Part shown: positions 62,728 through 64,000 of the stretch, in pieces | Layout of the letters: every line of letters begins with the position of its first letter | How positions within the stretch are numbered: position 1 is the first letter of the stretch | DNA from: Chiloscyllium plagiosum | Lineage: Eukaryota | Direction: 5' to 3' | Assembly (NCBI RefSeq): GCF_004010195.1 | Contig: NC_057718.1 | Span: forward strand, 28,744,277 to 28,808,276 | DNA: 64,000 nt | Position numbers and translations under genes: made by a program | Notes under the pieces: generated by a model | Databases searched by the model: none | Told to the model about the DNA's origin: nothing | What the model saw: only the letters and a program-made list of their open reading frames with translations

Positions 62728-63053
62728 GGGGAGGCAACAGCCTAGTGGTCTTATCGCTGGACCCAGATAATGTTCTGGGGACCTGGGTTCAAGTCCCACC
62801 ACAGCAGATGGTAGAATTTGAATTCAATGAATACCTGGAATTAAGAATCTAATGATGACCATAATCCATTGTCAGGGAAAAATCCATCTGGTTCACTAAT
62901 GTTCTTGAAGGAAGGAAACTGCCATCCTTATTTGGTCTGGCTGACATGTGATTCCAGGTCCACAGCAATGTGATTGACTCTTAACTGACCGCAGGGCAAT
63001 AAATGCTGCTGAGCCAGTGACACCCTCATCCCGTGAATGAATTTTTTAAAAAA
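62728..63053 (+). mobile_element. tRNA-derived SINE sharing its tail with the YKAQVRS LINE
   Basis: A box AGCCTAGTGG, B box GGTTCAAGTCCC; tail GGGCAATAAATGCTG..GCCAG..CATCCC.TGAATGAA. Confidence 0.9.
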
Positions 63054-63579
63054 GCAGTGTGCGCCAGTATATATTAGGCAAAATTGACTACAAATACATA
63101 CTATAATCTTGGATAAAAGTACATTTAGACTAGAAACATGTATATAAATATTTAAAGCTGTTTTTGGTGCAATTTTCAGATACTATCTTCCATTCCATTT
63201 TCTTGGATCATGCCTTTATTATGTGTGTTAAGAGGATAATGTGGATTTGAAGATCAGAAGGTTAGGACCAGGAAATTATTAAAGTAACATGAAGATGCCA
63301 TGCCACCTTCTGTCAGGTATGGTTGCTTTAATGGGCAACCATCCACAAACATGACCTAGAGCTTCTCATCACTTGAAACTTTCATTATTTAACTTGCCCT
63401 TATCACTGACCTTTCTGTCCTCAGCCATCTGCAGTGTTCCAATGAGATTTGAGGACCAGATTCAAATCTCACTTTACAGCTTTTTGGTATATCATTACAT
63501 TCAATAGTTTCAACCATATACTTTGCAGTTTTTGTTTGTTTTTGGACTGCAACTATTCAACATTCTATCATCAAACCTT

Positions 63580-63912
63580 TTTTTTAGATGTCTTTTGCCA
63601 ACTACCTGAACTCTATGCCTTTCTACCAATGGGAACATCATTTTTCTAAATACTCTGACCAGACTCTTGATGATTTGAATTTGTCCATCAAATCTCCTCT
63701 CAATCTTCCCTTCGCCAAACAAAACAGTCCCCAAATCTGTAATCCATCCTCATTGAAGTTACTGAAGTTCCTCATCCTCACAAACTTTCTCATGAATGTT
63801 TTCTGCACTATCTCTGATGTAATCACATCTTTCCTGAAGTACAGTGCCCAGAACAGGAGACAGTACCCCAGTTGAGGTTGAACCATGCACTATACATGTT
63901 TAACATAACTTT
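63580..63912 (-). mobile_element. Decayed CR1 C-terminal fragment
   Basis: VQPQLGYCLLFWALYFRKD..LRGDL. Confidence 0.85.
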
Positions 63913-64000
63913 CAGAACCAGAGGAAAGCCCCCTAGTGCTCTGGTAATATGCATACCTTAAACATCATCACTATAGCTGATTTGCTCATTATTAAATTGT

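Overview
Vertebrate genomic DNA, almost certainly from a cartilaginous fish, judged by the HE1/V-SINE, SacSINE1-like DeuSINE and HER1/CR1 LINE repertoire. It has four large assembly gaps. I recognise no host protein-coding exon, rRNA, true tRNA or CRISPR. Nearly all ORFs in the track are decayed retroelement fragments, their antisense shadows, or N-gap artefacts. The window is a dense, nested transposon graveyard: many CR1 fragments, L2, Tx1, Penelope, two Gypsy lineages, a solo LTR, Harbinger and Tigger-like remnants, and several SINE families. The main signals are: (1) two head-to-tail stacks of Tx1-clade 3' ends, each punctuated by a recurring short motif (ATAACCAGGAGACT at 44.9-46.2 kb; AA(C/G)TGGGTTCTT at 3.5-4.5 kb), which look like reused target sites; (2) short Penelope-derived inserts carrying a minimal hammerhead ribozyme core; (3) a complete-ended Gmr1-like LTR element with TSD and tRNA-Pro PBS; (4) a 294-bp inverted duplication, a twin-priming-like CR1 inversion and templated duplications. 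Family names come from recalled motifs, not database searches. Boundaries of old repeats are approximate.
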